In this document: piece after piece, positions 1 through 13,700 of the stretch
How positions within the stretch are numbered: position 1 is the first letter of the stretch
Layout: the number at the start of each line of letters is the position of its first letter
Assembly: GCA_964106915.2 (NCBI GenBank)
Contig: OZ066914.1
Source: Podarcis gaigeae
Taxonomy: Eukaryota
Length of the DNA stretch: 64,000 bases
Strand: one strand, 5' to 3'
The notes under the pieces: generated by a model
Database searches by the model: none
Told to the model about the DNA's origin: nothing
What the model saw: only the letters and a program-made list of their open reading frames with translations
Translations under genes and position numbers: made by a program

Positions 1-1916
1 AGGCAGGTAGCCATGAGAGCCCCATTAATTCTAATGGCGAAACTTCCACTGCTTCCATAAGCCTTTCTTGCTTCCAGAGGAAGAGCAAGCAGCGCCCGTA
101 AAGACCCTCAGTCAGAGCAGTCAACCCACTAATACTTCTCTGTTGCTGCACAGTTGGGACACTAGTCAGTGATAATAGCATGCTATTACAACAAAGGCTT
201 GAATATTGTGGATAATTTGCCACAGCGCTGATATTCAAGGCATGCAGCCCTAGCCTGTGCAGATAAAGGGGCGCCTATGCTCACTGAAAGCAGTTAGCTT
301 AGGCACATGTGAAACAAGGCCTATTTAAGCAGAATGCCTTTATGCTCCATTTCAAGGCTAAAACATGGAAGGAGTCTCTCCACCAGGGTACTGATGGTTA
401 TTGCTAGGGAGGGCCCAAAGGTGCAAAAGGGAGAGGGAACTTTTCTCTAGCAAAATCAGTGGGCATGCTTAGGAACAAGAGCCCCCAGCCTGCCTGGAAT
501 CGGCATTCTTCTGGTGACCTTACAAAGCCGTGCTGAAAACCTGCGGGCTGCTTATCGTCAGCCTGTTCATTGGTGCCCAGACGACGATGCCAGCATTGGG
601 GAAGACCAGTGCGTCTTTGAGCACATGCAGAGAGGTCCCGTCCCCCCTGCCTCCCTGCTTGCAGCTGAGCAGTACTGGCACCTTTTTTTCTAGAAAAGAA
701 AGCACTGCCTGCCATACTTACAATCTGAATGCCCCCAAAGTGGTTTTCTCCACTCTTCCAGTCCATGCTTATAGGGGAAAGATATACTTTATGAGCCTGC
801 TGAAGTGAGCACAGAATGGCTCAACTAAGAAAAGGGGGGGGGGGAGGCAGGATGTTTGGACTTCATTGTGGGATTTTAAAAAAATAAAATCTTATGTGAG
901 GCAGCTCTGTCTAGGAGAGGCACCAGGCAAGGAATAGTAGGGATCCTGCAAGTTTAGGGTGACCGTTTTCTTTTAGACAACAAAGCACATGAGAATTAGG
1001 AGGAGCCGATTCTCCAGCAAATTCCACCAGGAAGAGAAATATTTACTAAACATGCTACCCAACTGCAATTGTACAACAAATATACCTTTGGGACCTCATA
1101 AGCATTCTGGCTTTAGCAAGCTCAGCCATCCCTTCCCTTCCTGGAATATATTTTCACCTGTCAACTCCTGAGTTTCAGGTATGGTAAAATGCTCCTTTTC
1201 AGGAAGCTGAAAACACACAAAGCTAGGCTGAAATGTTATTTGAGACTATTCCTGCTGTATGACCACTGCCCTATACTAGGCTATATGCTAAATAAGGAAG
1301 TTGCTTCAGACCTTATGTGTACTTGTTCTGCTCCCCCGTTTCTTTAACCTTTTGCTTGTGCACAGCACCATAAGCTGTGCTCCCAGACCTCTGTTTGGTT
1401 TCAGCTTGGCGCGTTTCGAGTGCAGTCATTGTCGGTGTGCCATTATGTCTCGCTGCATTGTGCTCCTGCCCATTACAGACCCAGGGAGTGTTATCATTTC
1501 CCTAGCAGGAACCATTTGCTGTCTGGCAACTTGCAGCCTTCCTGTGCCTGGCTGCGCCTAGCTCTTCCTTCTTAGATCTAAAGCGACTTCACCTCCGTCA
1601 AGCGGCTCCTCCATCAGGCTTAGCTCTCCAAGACCCCACTACTAATGCAGAGGTCAGGACCTGTCAGAAGGGAGCTCCACATGCACCAGGCCCAGAACAT
1701 GTTTGCTTCAGAAGAGCAAAGGCTGTTTCTTGGAGATACGGAGAACAGCTAAAGTAGCCCAGGACCTCTCCTACAGGTTTATAGGGTTTGGGGGTTCTTA
1801 CTCTTTTAAAAACAGCTAGGCACCAAGTTCCACCTGCTCCAATGTGCTTCCACTGTCCAGAGAAAAGAGCTAAAGCTTCAGAATGTGCTTCAGAAGCAAT
1901 TTAATAACATTTTTCT

Positions 1917-1934
1917 AATAAATGAACAAATAAA
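1917..1934 (+). terminator. Tandem AATAAA polyadenylation signals of a convergent plus-strand transcript
   Basis: AATAAA at 1917-1922 and 1929-1934, followed by GT/T-rich sequence (ttttgtgtg...tctgtttgtt). Confidence 0.5.
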
Positions 1935-3959
1935 CCCTTCTTGGCTCCTGGATTTTGTGTGCAATTTCTGTTTGTTAAGGGCTCACCCACAGTTACCTGC
2001 AGTGTGGTTAAAGACACTTGTGAGAGCCTAGGGGCCTGTGTGTAACACCTCTGCTCAAAACTCTAGATGTCCATTTTCTAACAGGCCAAGTTCAAAGTGT
2101 TACTATTGGTACGTAAAGCCTTTACCGGATTGGGACCAGTTTACTTGCAGGATCACCTTACCCCACATGTGCCCTCTTGATGGCTTGGGTCTGCAGAACT
2201 GCCGCTGTTACAGGTGCAACATAAGACCTTTTCTGCACTTTTAAGAAATCCACCTTTTCATATTGCAGCACTTGCACTTTGAAACTCCCTTCCTATTGAC
2301 ATCAGGCTATATTATTTTTGGCGCTTGCTTAAAAACATTTCTGTTTAGGCAAGCCTACCCAGACATGGAGCGGTTACATGTGTGTTCTCTCTCTTCAGCT
2401 ACTGTTATATTTAATAATGCTCTGTATGTTTTAAAATGCCCATACTGAGAATTTAAATGTTTATACTTTTGTAAACCCCTCAGTAAACCCCTTACAATCA
2501 AGCGATAGATAAATTTTGTCAAATTTAAGGAAAAACAAAACACTATGCAGTCATTTTGCTGCCTGGAACACCCACACCGTTTCAAGCTTACAAAAGAAAA
2601 GGGAGCACCCCCAAAAGTTATCTTGAATAGCTTTTAATGCAAAGTATCCTTTAACATGTCCAGAGATGATGCCTAAGGACCTCTAGGATAGTCTTTGGCA
2701 GGCAGAGGGAGGAATGGAGCAGGCCCTTGACATTTTCTGTTGTTTGAAACTCACCCTAAGAAGGTGGGCATTGCTTCTCTGCTGTTTGGTGGAGAAATAA
2801 CCTCAAATACTTCCCACCCCAGCTGATGAAAACCCACCATTGCACCTTGAATCCTACCCCCGAAATCCAGAATGTGTTTGTGCCCCCCTTCTCTCAACCA
2901 TCACTGCCTACCCTTCAACCCAACATTCGATAATTAGACTGGGCAGCTGCAGCACTTTCCTGACTTGTTCCTATTTCTCCATACAGAGCTCTCCTCTAGT
3001 GGAGCTGCATTGCTTCCTTTGGCAAAGTGTCCCATCTTACAGACATCCAGTAGTGGGGCTGGGGACAGCCTGACCAGTGAATAGAATAAATCTTCTACCA
3101 AGGGATGTGCAGGTCTTTTAAGACCTCCTGGCACTATAGTGGATCAGAACCACACTGGCGTTAGCCCATGCCACTAGTGAACTTAAGAGAGCTCTGTGAT
3201 GCTCAAGACTCTTCTCAATCTTACTTCTGCAGTGAAAAATCATAGGCTGCAATTCCCCCCCCCCCCATTCCCACCCACCCACCCTCCAAGTGAAGAAACC
3301 ACAGCCACATTTTCTGGTCAAAAGTGGTTATTGCACAGTGCGTACAGACTGAAATGTGTACACAACCAATATTATTAAGATTATATACTATCAAACTGGG
3401 AGTCTTAGATCAACCCTCTGCCAGCCACAGTAAAATCACGCTCTTAAAAATAAAAAAGTAAAGACAAAAGATAATTTGGAACAATAACTTATGGTTATCC
3501 TATGAGACTGAGCAACAGAAGGCTCATTCATTTCTGCTGTGGCTTGGCAAAGCAAGCATTTGGTCCTGAAGGGAAAGGAAACACCTTTTCTTAGTGGACC
3601 ATATGGGTAGCTGCAAAGGAGTCTCTGATTTGTGGTATGCCTGTCCTGATGGGAAGCTTCTCAGTGCTTCCCGGAAACATGTGAAGAGTACTTCCCAACA
3701 GCGTGGCCAATGAAGGACAGCAACCACCTGGCTCAGAATGCACAGCCATGAGCTCAGCAACTTCCCAGAGGGTAGAGGCAGCTGGACACGAAAGTTGGAG
3801 CACAATGAGCCAGTGGCAATCCAGGTTGGAGGAGGAGGAAGAGACTGTCATCCGTCCTTTCTCCTCTCAAGGAGCTGGGGGAGAAAATGACGTCAACTCC
3901 AGAACCATCCTAGTTCATAAAAGAGGGCTTAGCAGCATGGGAGCAACAGACATAGGAGC

Positions 3960-4768
3960 TCAACTGTTGGAATTGAGGGTCTGGAATTTCTCCCTCAGGT
4001 TCTTTACCAGGCTCTGCTGGCTGCTGTCTGTTTTCTCCCGGCAAACCTGCTGAAGTGCTTTGTGGGGAGCTGCTTCCTGGAGGTCCTCCTCACGCCTGCG
4101 GTATTCTTCTGAGTCCTGGTAGGCCTTGCACCTCTCCACCACGGCCTTGAGAGAGATCTTCTCCCGGGAAGTAGGGGAGCGAATCTGCACATAACTCTCG
4201 TCCGGGTCGACAGTCACATCCAGCAGCTTTTCCATGACAACCACTCGCTGACGGTTCTCCAGAGAGGTCTCAGCCGTAACGCTCAATTCCTTGTGCGCGT
4301 CGCAGGCGTGGCCCTGGAGGATGGAGTCCAGTGGAGCTTCCCTTTTGCAGCCTGGAATGCCCCCTTGCTGGGGTTTGTCCGCTGCCTTCACAATCCTCTT
4401 GGAGCACTGGTGCTCCTCCAGAGCTCTACCAGCTGTATCCACCATTTTTTCAGGAGCTGAGCGGCTCCTGTTGACGGGTTGCGGCCTGCACTTCTGATTC
4501 CCTGATGGACAGGAATATTTGGACCTGAGCTCCCGCACGTCTGGCCAGTTGAACTTCTCAGCTACGACGGGGCTGAGGGGGCTGCAAGACAGGGTGCTGC
4601 TGGTGGGGGAGGCAAGCCGCGGGCTGCTGGAGGAGGGGCTGAAAGAGAAGCGCTTGGGGGACTTCTCCAGCGACGAGGTTGACGATGCGGGGAGAGTCAG
4701 TGGGCTGGCCTCCTGCAGCAATACTTGCTCGTAAGTATTGGGGAGGGTCAAGGCTGGTTTCCGTTTGC
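3960..4768 (-). CDS. PLEKHG3: PLEKHG3 last coding exon
   Basis: (G)KRKPALTL...[13 protein letters not shown]...VNRSRSAPE...[15 protein letters not shown]. Confidence 0.94.
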
Positions 4769-7700
4769 CTAGAAGAAAAACCAACAAGGAATGAGTGAGG
4801 CAGCAATAAGGCAAGGGGTTTGCTGGGTGGGTGGGCTGCAACGGTGGTCTCCCTCACTCCCCAATCTCAGTAGCTCCATTTTTGTCGGCTGAACAGCAGC
4901 TATGCTGTTTCCCTTTAAAACAGCAAGGAGGGAAGGGGGCTCCCAGAGGCTGTTCCGCTTGATGAGTCGAGAATTGCCAAGTTCTTGGGCACTTTGGTGA
5001 GGACCCTTGTTAAAATATCCTAGAGGTGGAGGTTTGTCCTGGTGGAAATCTTTCATATTCAGATACATCCAAGCCAGAAAGATCCCTCCCCGTTCACCTC
5101 TGCAATCCCCTCTGGGGCCTCCATCAATTCCATCTCAGAGATATGCAGTAGCTGGATGGGGCACCCGGGGCTTCTCCAACAGAGGGAGAAGCAATGGAAT
5201 TAATTGAATTAAGCTAAATCGGCTCAAGGGCCAGAAACAACTCCTACCTTTGCACTGTAAACTACATTTCAGAGGTTGTTATAATGCCCCCTGCCCTCTC
5301 TGGCCAGGCATCACACTTCAAGGGCACATTCCGGTCAGGAAAGAGCACCTGAGGAAGGTGTGGATCAGGCCTGGATAAGGGCTGCGGCCAGGGGAAGGAG
5401 GAAGGTGTGTGTGGCTAGGACAGAGAGCTCTGAGGGGACTGGATACACTGGGGCAAGAGTTCCCCCAGCACTGAGAAAAATCAGAGTTCAGCAGTGAGTG
5501 CAGCCTAATGCAGGAACTGGCTGGAGAGACTGTGCCCCCTTACTTCAGTTCAGACCATTTAAATTTTCTCCTACATACCAGGAAAGAGAGTTTTCTCCCC
5601 AGAACGTCTCTTTCTATCTCTAGAATCTACAGATCTGCAAATCTGTTCTCTTTGCATGATGTTTACAAACTGTGCTTTTTCCCGGTTTGGGGGTTGGACA
5701 GTGCTCACCAAACACAACTGCCCCAGGGAAGGAAACAGGAGCATGGAAAAGCTGTCTTGAGGATGCTGGGAGGTCTGAAAAACAGGCCACCCACTTGGGC
5801 TTTTGCCGTTAAAGTAGCACAGGTTCATGGTTTTGAGCAGCCACAAAAATGTGGCGTGTGCACAGCCTCTTGTGTCCTTCCCTGCCCAGGTGATATTCCT
5901 CTGGCCCAGCAAGTGGTTCTTGGCTCTGGCTGTCAAAGAGTTCTGCTCTAGAATATAAACTCCTCTGGAAACAGAATCCACTACTACTATTGTAATAAGC
6001 ACACTTCAGTATTTTTTTTTAAAAATGTGGCTCTTAAAACATTCAATATATTTTACAACTGTTTTATATCTATCTGACACTTTGTGAATCTTTATTTTTG
6101 GTGGATGTTGCTGGTGGGGTGTTTTTAATGAAGGCTGCTACCTCCCACGAGCCTAAGAGGAAAGGACAAGTCATTAATCTAAAACTTTAAAATATAAGTC
6201 ACAATGAATCTCCTATATTTATGCTCACAGCTGTGGCTTCTAGGCACTGCTGAAATTCATATAATATGAACAATGAGGTCCTGCCTGTGATAGCACAGTG
6301 CCCTCTGGCCAATACATACCCTTGCTTTTCTTATCTGCCTCCGGCTGGACAGTCAAGGTATTGCCTTTCATCTCCTCCTCCAGCTCAGCAAGCCTCCTAT
6401 GCGCTGCAGGCTTCTGGCCCTTGATTCGGAGGCTGTACTGGCGGGCCAGCTGGTAGACCTTGTTCTTCACCTTCTCTGCCAGCTCTGCCTCCGTCAGGTG
6501 GGCCAGCTGCATTATTCGGGGGTGCAAGCGGGGGAGATACCGATCTTGCTCAGAGCCCCCTAGCTCATGGGCCAGCTTCCAGGGCTTCCTAGAAGGCGCA
6601 GCCCGCTCCACAGGAGACTTGCTCTCAGGCGAGGGCACCGCCGACTCCTCTGTGATGGCCCCAAGATCCTCGTCCTCCAGGATGAGAAGTGGCTCGTGGA
6701 GGTCAAAGCCGTTCTCCTGGCCACGGAGCCTCTCCGCGTGCCGCAGAGAGGAGCCCCCGGCCACCTGCCCATTTGCCGTGCCTGGCCGAGTGACACCTTC
6801 AGGCCTCCTACTCCAGCCCTCTCCGCTCGGCTTCTCCATCTCCTCCCAGATTTTAATCATTTCAGCCGGCGGCCTGAACTCCGCTTCCGTGATGGGCAAG
6901 GGGCTTCCAGCAGAGGCTGCCTCGGAGCGGGGGGCCTGTAGCCCAGCCCCGGGTCTATTTGACAACACCCAGGCTGCTGTGGGGCCAGCCCCACCACTGG
7001 CAGGGCCCCCTGGCCTCTTGTGCTTCAGCCCCTCCTGCTCTGGCTCTGGCTGGGGAAGGCTGTTGATCCTGAAGACGGAATTCCTCACCATCCCTTTGGG
7101 AATGTAGGACAGGCTCTCCCGCCGCCTGACACTGAAGCCGGCATCCTGGTGCTCCGCGTAATCGTAGTAGTTCTTGATCTTGTCTAGCAGCAGCCGGTCC
7201 TGATGGGAGAGCATGGACTCCTTCCGCTTGCAGGAGGCATTGTCCGTCTCGAGCAGCCCAGGCGAGGCAGCCCCGCTGCAGGCACTGCTGGGCTCACCCG
7301 GGGGCTCTTGCGGCAGGGAGTCTGTGGTGCTGTTCGTGCGACATCCGGCCTTCTCGCTGCCGTCCAGGCTCAAGACGCTGCCACTGCGGCTAGCCTGCTT
7401 TGGAGTCAGGTGGCCCTTGCCCTCCTCGAGTGCCAGGCTGCTGCGGCGAGAGAGGCTGCTGGCAAAGCGCTCTGCAATGACGCTGGCCTGATCCAGCACA
7501 GAGAAAGGGAGGATGCTTCTGGTCTGGGGTGCACGTCTGTCCTCCTCCTCTTCCTCCTCTTCTTCTTCCTCCTCCTCGCTACTAAGCGGCTTCAGTTCAG
7601 TATGTTCAGTGGGCTCCAGGCTATCTGAACGCTGTTGATTCAGGGTCCCCCACTGGCCTGCCAGGACTGGCTCCGGGTTGCCCACCGACTCGGGGTCTGA

Positions 7701-10700
7701 AGGACCCTCTTCCAGGTACTCTTCCTTAAGGGGAGAAGCTTCTAAGACCATGCTGAGTTCGATGGCTGACCGCGCCTAGGAAGAGAAGGAAAGTTTTGCA
7801 CACTTAACGCACAACCCCAAAAATGGTGGTCTTGCAGATAAACAGTTTAAGGGATAAGTTAATAGTCACTACTCAAATGCAACCAACTCTTGAACCCAGC
7901 AAATATGTTGGCTTCTAAGGCAGGGAACCCACCAACCACTAAGTTGACTCAACAGCAGACAGAAATATTGCTCATTTTTATGTCATATCTTCTGGGGACA
8001 ATGTGGAGCATCCATTGGAAAGGACAATGGCATAGATGGCATAGTATGGGCACTGAGTCTGGGAAGTGGAATGTCCAGGAGCCTTTGGCTTTTAATCCTA
8101 TTTTTAGTGTTAAGGGCCAAGAGTTTCCCTGTCTCAAAATTGGCATGAGCAGAAATTCCATTCTCCCCAAGGAATGTAAGAAGCTGCCTGACAGAGCAGA
8201 CAGTCCTAACCTGGATGGACCTGTGATCTCCCTGGTTGAGGTTCTCCAGGGTTTCAGAAGGGACATTCCCAGCCCTCTCTGGAGATGCCAGAGACTGAAC
8301 CTGGGAGCTCTACCTACTGAGCAATAGCACTTCCCCAAACAGCAACTCTGCCAACCACCAACCACTCACCTTTGGGACAGATGAGACATTATCCCCGACC
8401 CTGTTTTTCTCACCACTGCTGCCTGGCGACTGGTATTGCTTGGGCCCTTCCTGTGCCTTGTGGCTCTTGGCCTGAACCAAAACAAAAATATTAGAGAGTT
8501 GAGTACATGCTACTGGGAAGAAGCCATTTGACGAGCAGCCAAACATCCCTAGCCATTGTTATTTGTCATTCTGAAACACCATACAGTGTCCCAGATAGCT
8601 AAAATGCATCACGAGTGCCCACGCAGGTCCAAGTCCAATATTCTAGCCATTGGACACAGCAACAAAAACCACCTGATGTCGCATCCATCAGCCTTGCAAG
8701 CAGCAGGTGAACGCAAGTGCTGGTGGCTCTGGTTCACTTGCTGCCCTGGCACAGAGAAGCCTTGCAGTTGCTTAAGCCAGTCCCAATTTCATCCAGGAAC
8801 ACAGCTTTCCCGAGCAGACTCTCTACACGTCTTGCAGCACTTTCGTGTGGCTGGTGGAGTGCACTAGTTAAAAACTGCAGGCTGATAAACTATCTGGAAG
8901 GTGCACAGTTAGTGCTGGATCCAGGGACGGTCCAATAGCACAGGCAACAGGACTTGGAAGAGGATCCTGCTTAACGTTAGCTTTGTCTCATCAAGCTGCT
9001 AACGTGGAAGAACCTTCCTGGCAAGAGGACAGGGAACGGCAGGGAAAGGACCACCCACAGATACAGAGATGGTAAGACCTAAAGAGCCTCTTTTGTTATC
9101 AAGCCACAAATCTTGTTAGCCCCCGTGAAGGACTGCACAAAAGCACCAAGTCAGTCAGTAGTATCACCGAAGGGTTAAAACAGCTGCAAAAGAAACCACA
9201 CGGGAACCTCTGGGGCTGTCCCACATCTGATTAATGGGAAGATGGCACAGAAGGAACGGAGGGCAGCCGCGAGCCATGCACCAAGCCAGCATGCAGGAGG
9301 GAGACGCAGCAGGGGTTGAACAGGCACCTCACCGTGCTGCCCCAGGAGAAAAGCAAAGCGTTGGCCCGATAGTGCCAGCAGTGGAGGACGGCCATCAAGG
9401 AGCTTGCAAAGTCTGCCACCTGCTCCGTTCCTACCAGCCTCTCCTCCTCTTCCTCTTCCTCCTCCTCTTCGTCTTCTTCCTCTGGCCCCATATCCTTCTC
9501 GCTGCCATCGCTTTCAGCCAACTCTTCCAGAGATTCCTGGGGAAGGGCCTGCCGATCCTGCTGCTGCTGCGGCAAGCTGTTGGTGGGGAGCGAGGGCTCC
9601 CCAAACTCCAAAAGGGCTCCATCACTGCCTGCATGCTACGTGAAGTGAGGGCAAGCAGGGGCTTTTAGAAAGGCCCCAGAGCTGGGGCACCAACAGAGAC
9701 ACCGCTTAGGGTGCCCTTTCCTCAACCTGTGCTCGATCGCTGCCTGCTCAACATGTGAGCAGAAGCACACAGCTTAGAGCTGTGAGAAGCTTACTGGCCA
9801 CCCTGTGGGAGATGGCAGTGGTCAGAGGGAAATGTCATTTTGTTATTAAAATGAATAATGGCCCCTGCACCAACATTTACCCCAGAGCAGTTTACCTTTA
9901 AGGTGGCGTTTTGGTAAGGGACCCAAAGCCCATCGCATGTCACCCAAGACTTTAATTTCCTTAGAAAGGTAAGACCCTTCTTCTTTTCCCTCATTTATTT
10001 TGTCTTCTAGAATTTCTGTCTCTTACCTTTAGTCCTATTGCCAGATTTGCAGCACAGGAAGAAGGAGGGGGGAAAAAGAAGCCATTAGGGGAAAGGTGAG
10101 ATCTTGTTTCCCTGCCCAGGTAGTCTTCCTCCCTATTTCCCAATCTCCATTTCAGGCACACTCTTACTCTATATAAGCAGCAGACACAGCAAACATGCTG
10201 GCAGAGAGCCACTTTTACATCACTTATATCTTATTACAGTCCCTTCCGGCGGCTGTGGGTCCCCTGAGAAGGCAGTGGGTCAACCACAAGGCAACAGGAA
10301 GAAGTCACTGCTGAAGGAGTGAACTGAGTAAAGGAACAATTCAGGCTCACACACTTTGAGCAGGGGTGGGGAATCGTCAACCCTTTGCCAGCCTTGCTCT
10401 CTGGGGCTGGTGGGAGTCCAGTCCAACAACATCTGGAGGGCTCCAGGTTCCCCCATCCCTGCCTTTCAGCATCTAAGGTGCCTTGTTTAGCAATATAGAA
10501 TTGCCCTGTGCTCAAAACTGCTAGCTGTAATAAATCTGAGATAGGAGTGACCATTGGCATAAGGACGGGCACCTGTCAAATCCCACCCACACTGGTCAAG
10601 TAAACCTGGGACTGAGAAATCTACTCAGTACAGAGCTTCTTCCTCCTAGGCTGGGGGGATGTGGGAAAGGGGGACATCCACTCACCTCTGTTGCTCAGTT

Positions 10701-13700
10701 GCTTGAGAATCTGTTTTGTTGGTTCTGCAATGAAAGGAAAGTTTGCGAGATGAGTTCTTGAAATGCTGGTTCAGAGCCCAGAAATACCAGAAAGAGGTGG
10801 GGAGAACCCCGGCACCAGCCTCAGCCCGCCACCTCTGCCCCCTCCAGAAGGAAACACCTTGAAGCATCTGAGTGAAGTGCAGAACAGCACTAGCCTCCTC
10901 TGTGCAGTGCAGAACAAGCCTCTCAGAGAACAGCATCACCAGTCTTTCACCTGTCAAGGACCACACCTAATCCCTCCATCCCTGTCCAATCACAGGCCTT
11001 CAGGGGAGTCCCGGTTCTCCATGGCTCAGACATATGGCTCTTATCCACAAAGAGCAGTGTGTTCAGTATTGTGGACCCAATTTTATAGAATGCCCTTCCA
11101 GTTGATGTCAGACTGGACCCCTCTCTGTTGGACTTCCAGTGCCTACAGATGACTTTTTAAATTATTATTCCAACAGGAGCTTTTGGTAGTTTGATTTTCT
11201 AGTTTTAACCAGGTTTTACCTTTTCTGTATCCTGTTCCTTGCACACTGCTTAAAGACTATTGTAGTTAAGCGGTATATAAATTGTTTAAATTTAAATAAA
11301 TAAATCTGGCTTGCAAGCCACCAAGACTAAATGAACTAGGAGGCCAAATAAACCAGCAGATTTTTAAAAAGTGAGCCCTGTCTCTCACCCACTCTTCTAC
11401 AGAAGGGGCTGTGTATACTCCAGCAGCAAATAAAAATAAAAATCCAGATTCTGCTGCCCAGAATCAGACACCTCCCCCCTGCAAACTCAGCAGTTTCTTA
11501 TTATGCAGGATTTATTCCACTTTGACAATCCAAGTTGGACTGCAAATAAGATGAAAGGAGGCCAAAAGCCCAGGCAGGAAACAGGGTGTCCCATTTTCCA
11601 GGTGCCTGAAGCCCTGTTCGCCCTTCTTAGGCTTCTATGATTTCAAGAGACATTTCCCACATCTTTTCAAGCCACAAGAACTTCACATTTACTGTGTCTG
11701 GTGCTATTGCATTTCAAATGGGGAACTTCAGGGTCAGGGGCCCAAATGCAGCCCTCTAGGTCTATCTGAACCTCCAGTCTCTCTCCAGGCCTCATCTTTC
11801 AACAGTCTTGCTTTGACCCTCCCTTGAGTGTTTTTGCCTGGCTGGAATGTGTCCTTGAACCATGCTAATGCCCCTTACTCGCCTGGAGTGTGTGTCAAAA
11901 CTGGCCTACTCTACAAATGTAACCTTCAGCCATTGCTCCACCCACTTTTGCCTCTGGCCCTGCCCACCAATGACATGCGGCCCCTGGAAGATTGTCCAAA
12001 AGTGAATGCAGCCCCTGAGCTAAAAGGGTTTCCCACCCCTGATTTAACATGCACTAATGTAGAATTGATCTAAATAAGCAACTACGAAGAGGGAATGATG
12101 TTGGGTAACATATGGGTGTGATCAGATTTTTGAATATTGAGTTGACTGTATACTGTAATTAGTATTCTTTTGACACATGTGCAAATTAATCGAATTATTG
12201 TTCTCCTTGTAGAACATGATTTATTTTCTATGCTGACTTTGCTAAATGAAATTAACTATGTAGGTTCTATAATTAGTAGTATAGTTGATAAAAGAAAAAG
12301 AGAGGAGCAAAAAATGGGATTCTCACCATTCTGTGTCAGATACCAATTTGTGAACTCATGGAATAAACACAGCCCTGCCTATAGAGCTTAAAAGCCAGAG
12401 CATCATCTATGACGTTCGCTGGAGACTGAGAGGCATGTTCAGCCAGCATCGTGCCCAGGAGGCAAAGCCCATAAGCTACTCCGCAGTAAGGTTTGACCCA
12501 AAGAGCTCCACTTGCTTGCTCCCAGCCCCACAACACCAGATGGCAGAGCCCCTTCGTGCCACATGCTAAATGAGTGGAGCCCGCACCAGATTTCCTGCGG
12601 CCTTTACGCTCGAGTCCATCTAGGAGCCTCTCAGCAGTGTTTTTGCCACGGAAAGGCTCTAAGGATAGGATATAAGATACCTGTTAGAGTCAATACCATT
12701 CTGCTGGGGTCGTTACTAAAGCCCTGCCTTGCTGGGGCCTGCACCACACTAGGAATGCTGTGACTCAGTGCAGCGGTGCACCTGGACCAGCGTCAGCCAT
12801 CGGCATCCTTGGGCACCTGCTGAGGATCCATCGCTGCCACCTCTGCTGCCCCAGATTCCCTTGTTTGCCACTTTGATGAACACAATGCTGAATTGCCCAC
12901 AATGCCCCAGAACAATGTACTGGGGGCAAGTACAATGGCAATGGCTTGGTACCCAGAGAGGTGCTGCTACCACTGCCCTTGCCTTCCTCCTTTGGTAAGC
13001 GTACTTGCCCACCTCATGTCCACTGGAATGGGAGGAGGAGGTAGTGGTGATGCTAGGAGAGAAGAACTGCCTGCTGCTGGGGGGTGGGGGGGAGCATAAG
13101 AGGAACCTATGCTGTATGGTCCTATACTGCTGCCAGTTGTAGTGTGAACTAGATTATTTGTAGGGTCTCCTTCCAACTCTCTGGGTCATTCTAGATTATT
13201 TTCAGGGCACAAAGAGCATGTTGTTTTGACACTCTTGTTGTAGGCATAAATATTACGTTGTGTTTTACTCAGAGCAGACCTGTTGAAATTAATGAACACG
13301 ACTACATTAGGTCCATAATACCACCCAATAGCTATTTAAGAGGCCCATTTTCTCAACACTCCTGGATAAACCTTTTAACGATCTGCTTTTAACAAGCAGG
13401 TGCCTTTCAGAAAATCCTCTAGTGAGCTCTCTTTTTAGAAGCTGTCTAGGCTTGCAGCACACAAGAGTTGAGCTCAGCAGTTCTCTCTTGACACAGCAAT
13501 CAAACAATGCACACAGGACCTCAGCACACTTTTACACGCCACAAACTCAGCCCAGCACACAGAGACCCATAGGCATCTACTAGAGTTGCGAGTCGCAAAA
13601 GAAGGCCATGATGTGTGTGGTCCCGCCCCCATCCCAAAAAAACCTATGCTGTGTAAGGAGTTGTTGACAGTAAGAGCACCCTTTGTTAGGATAAGAAGTC

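Noticed and set aside
6460-7628. Plus-strand ORFs of 92-215 aa
   Set aside because: They are antisense shadows of the GC-rich PLEKHG3 exon and have no recognisable protein features.
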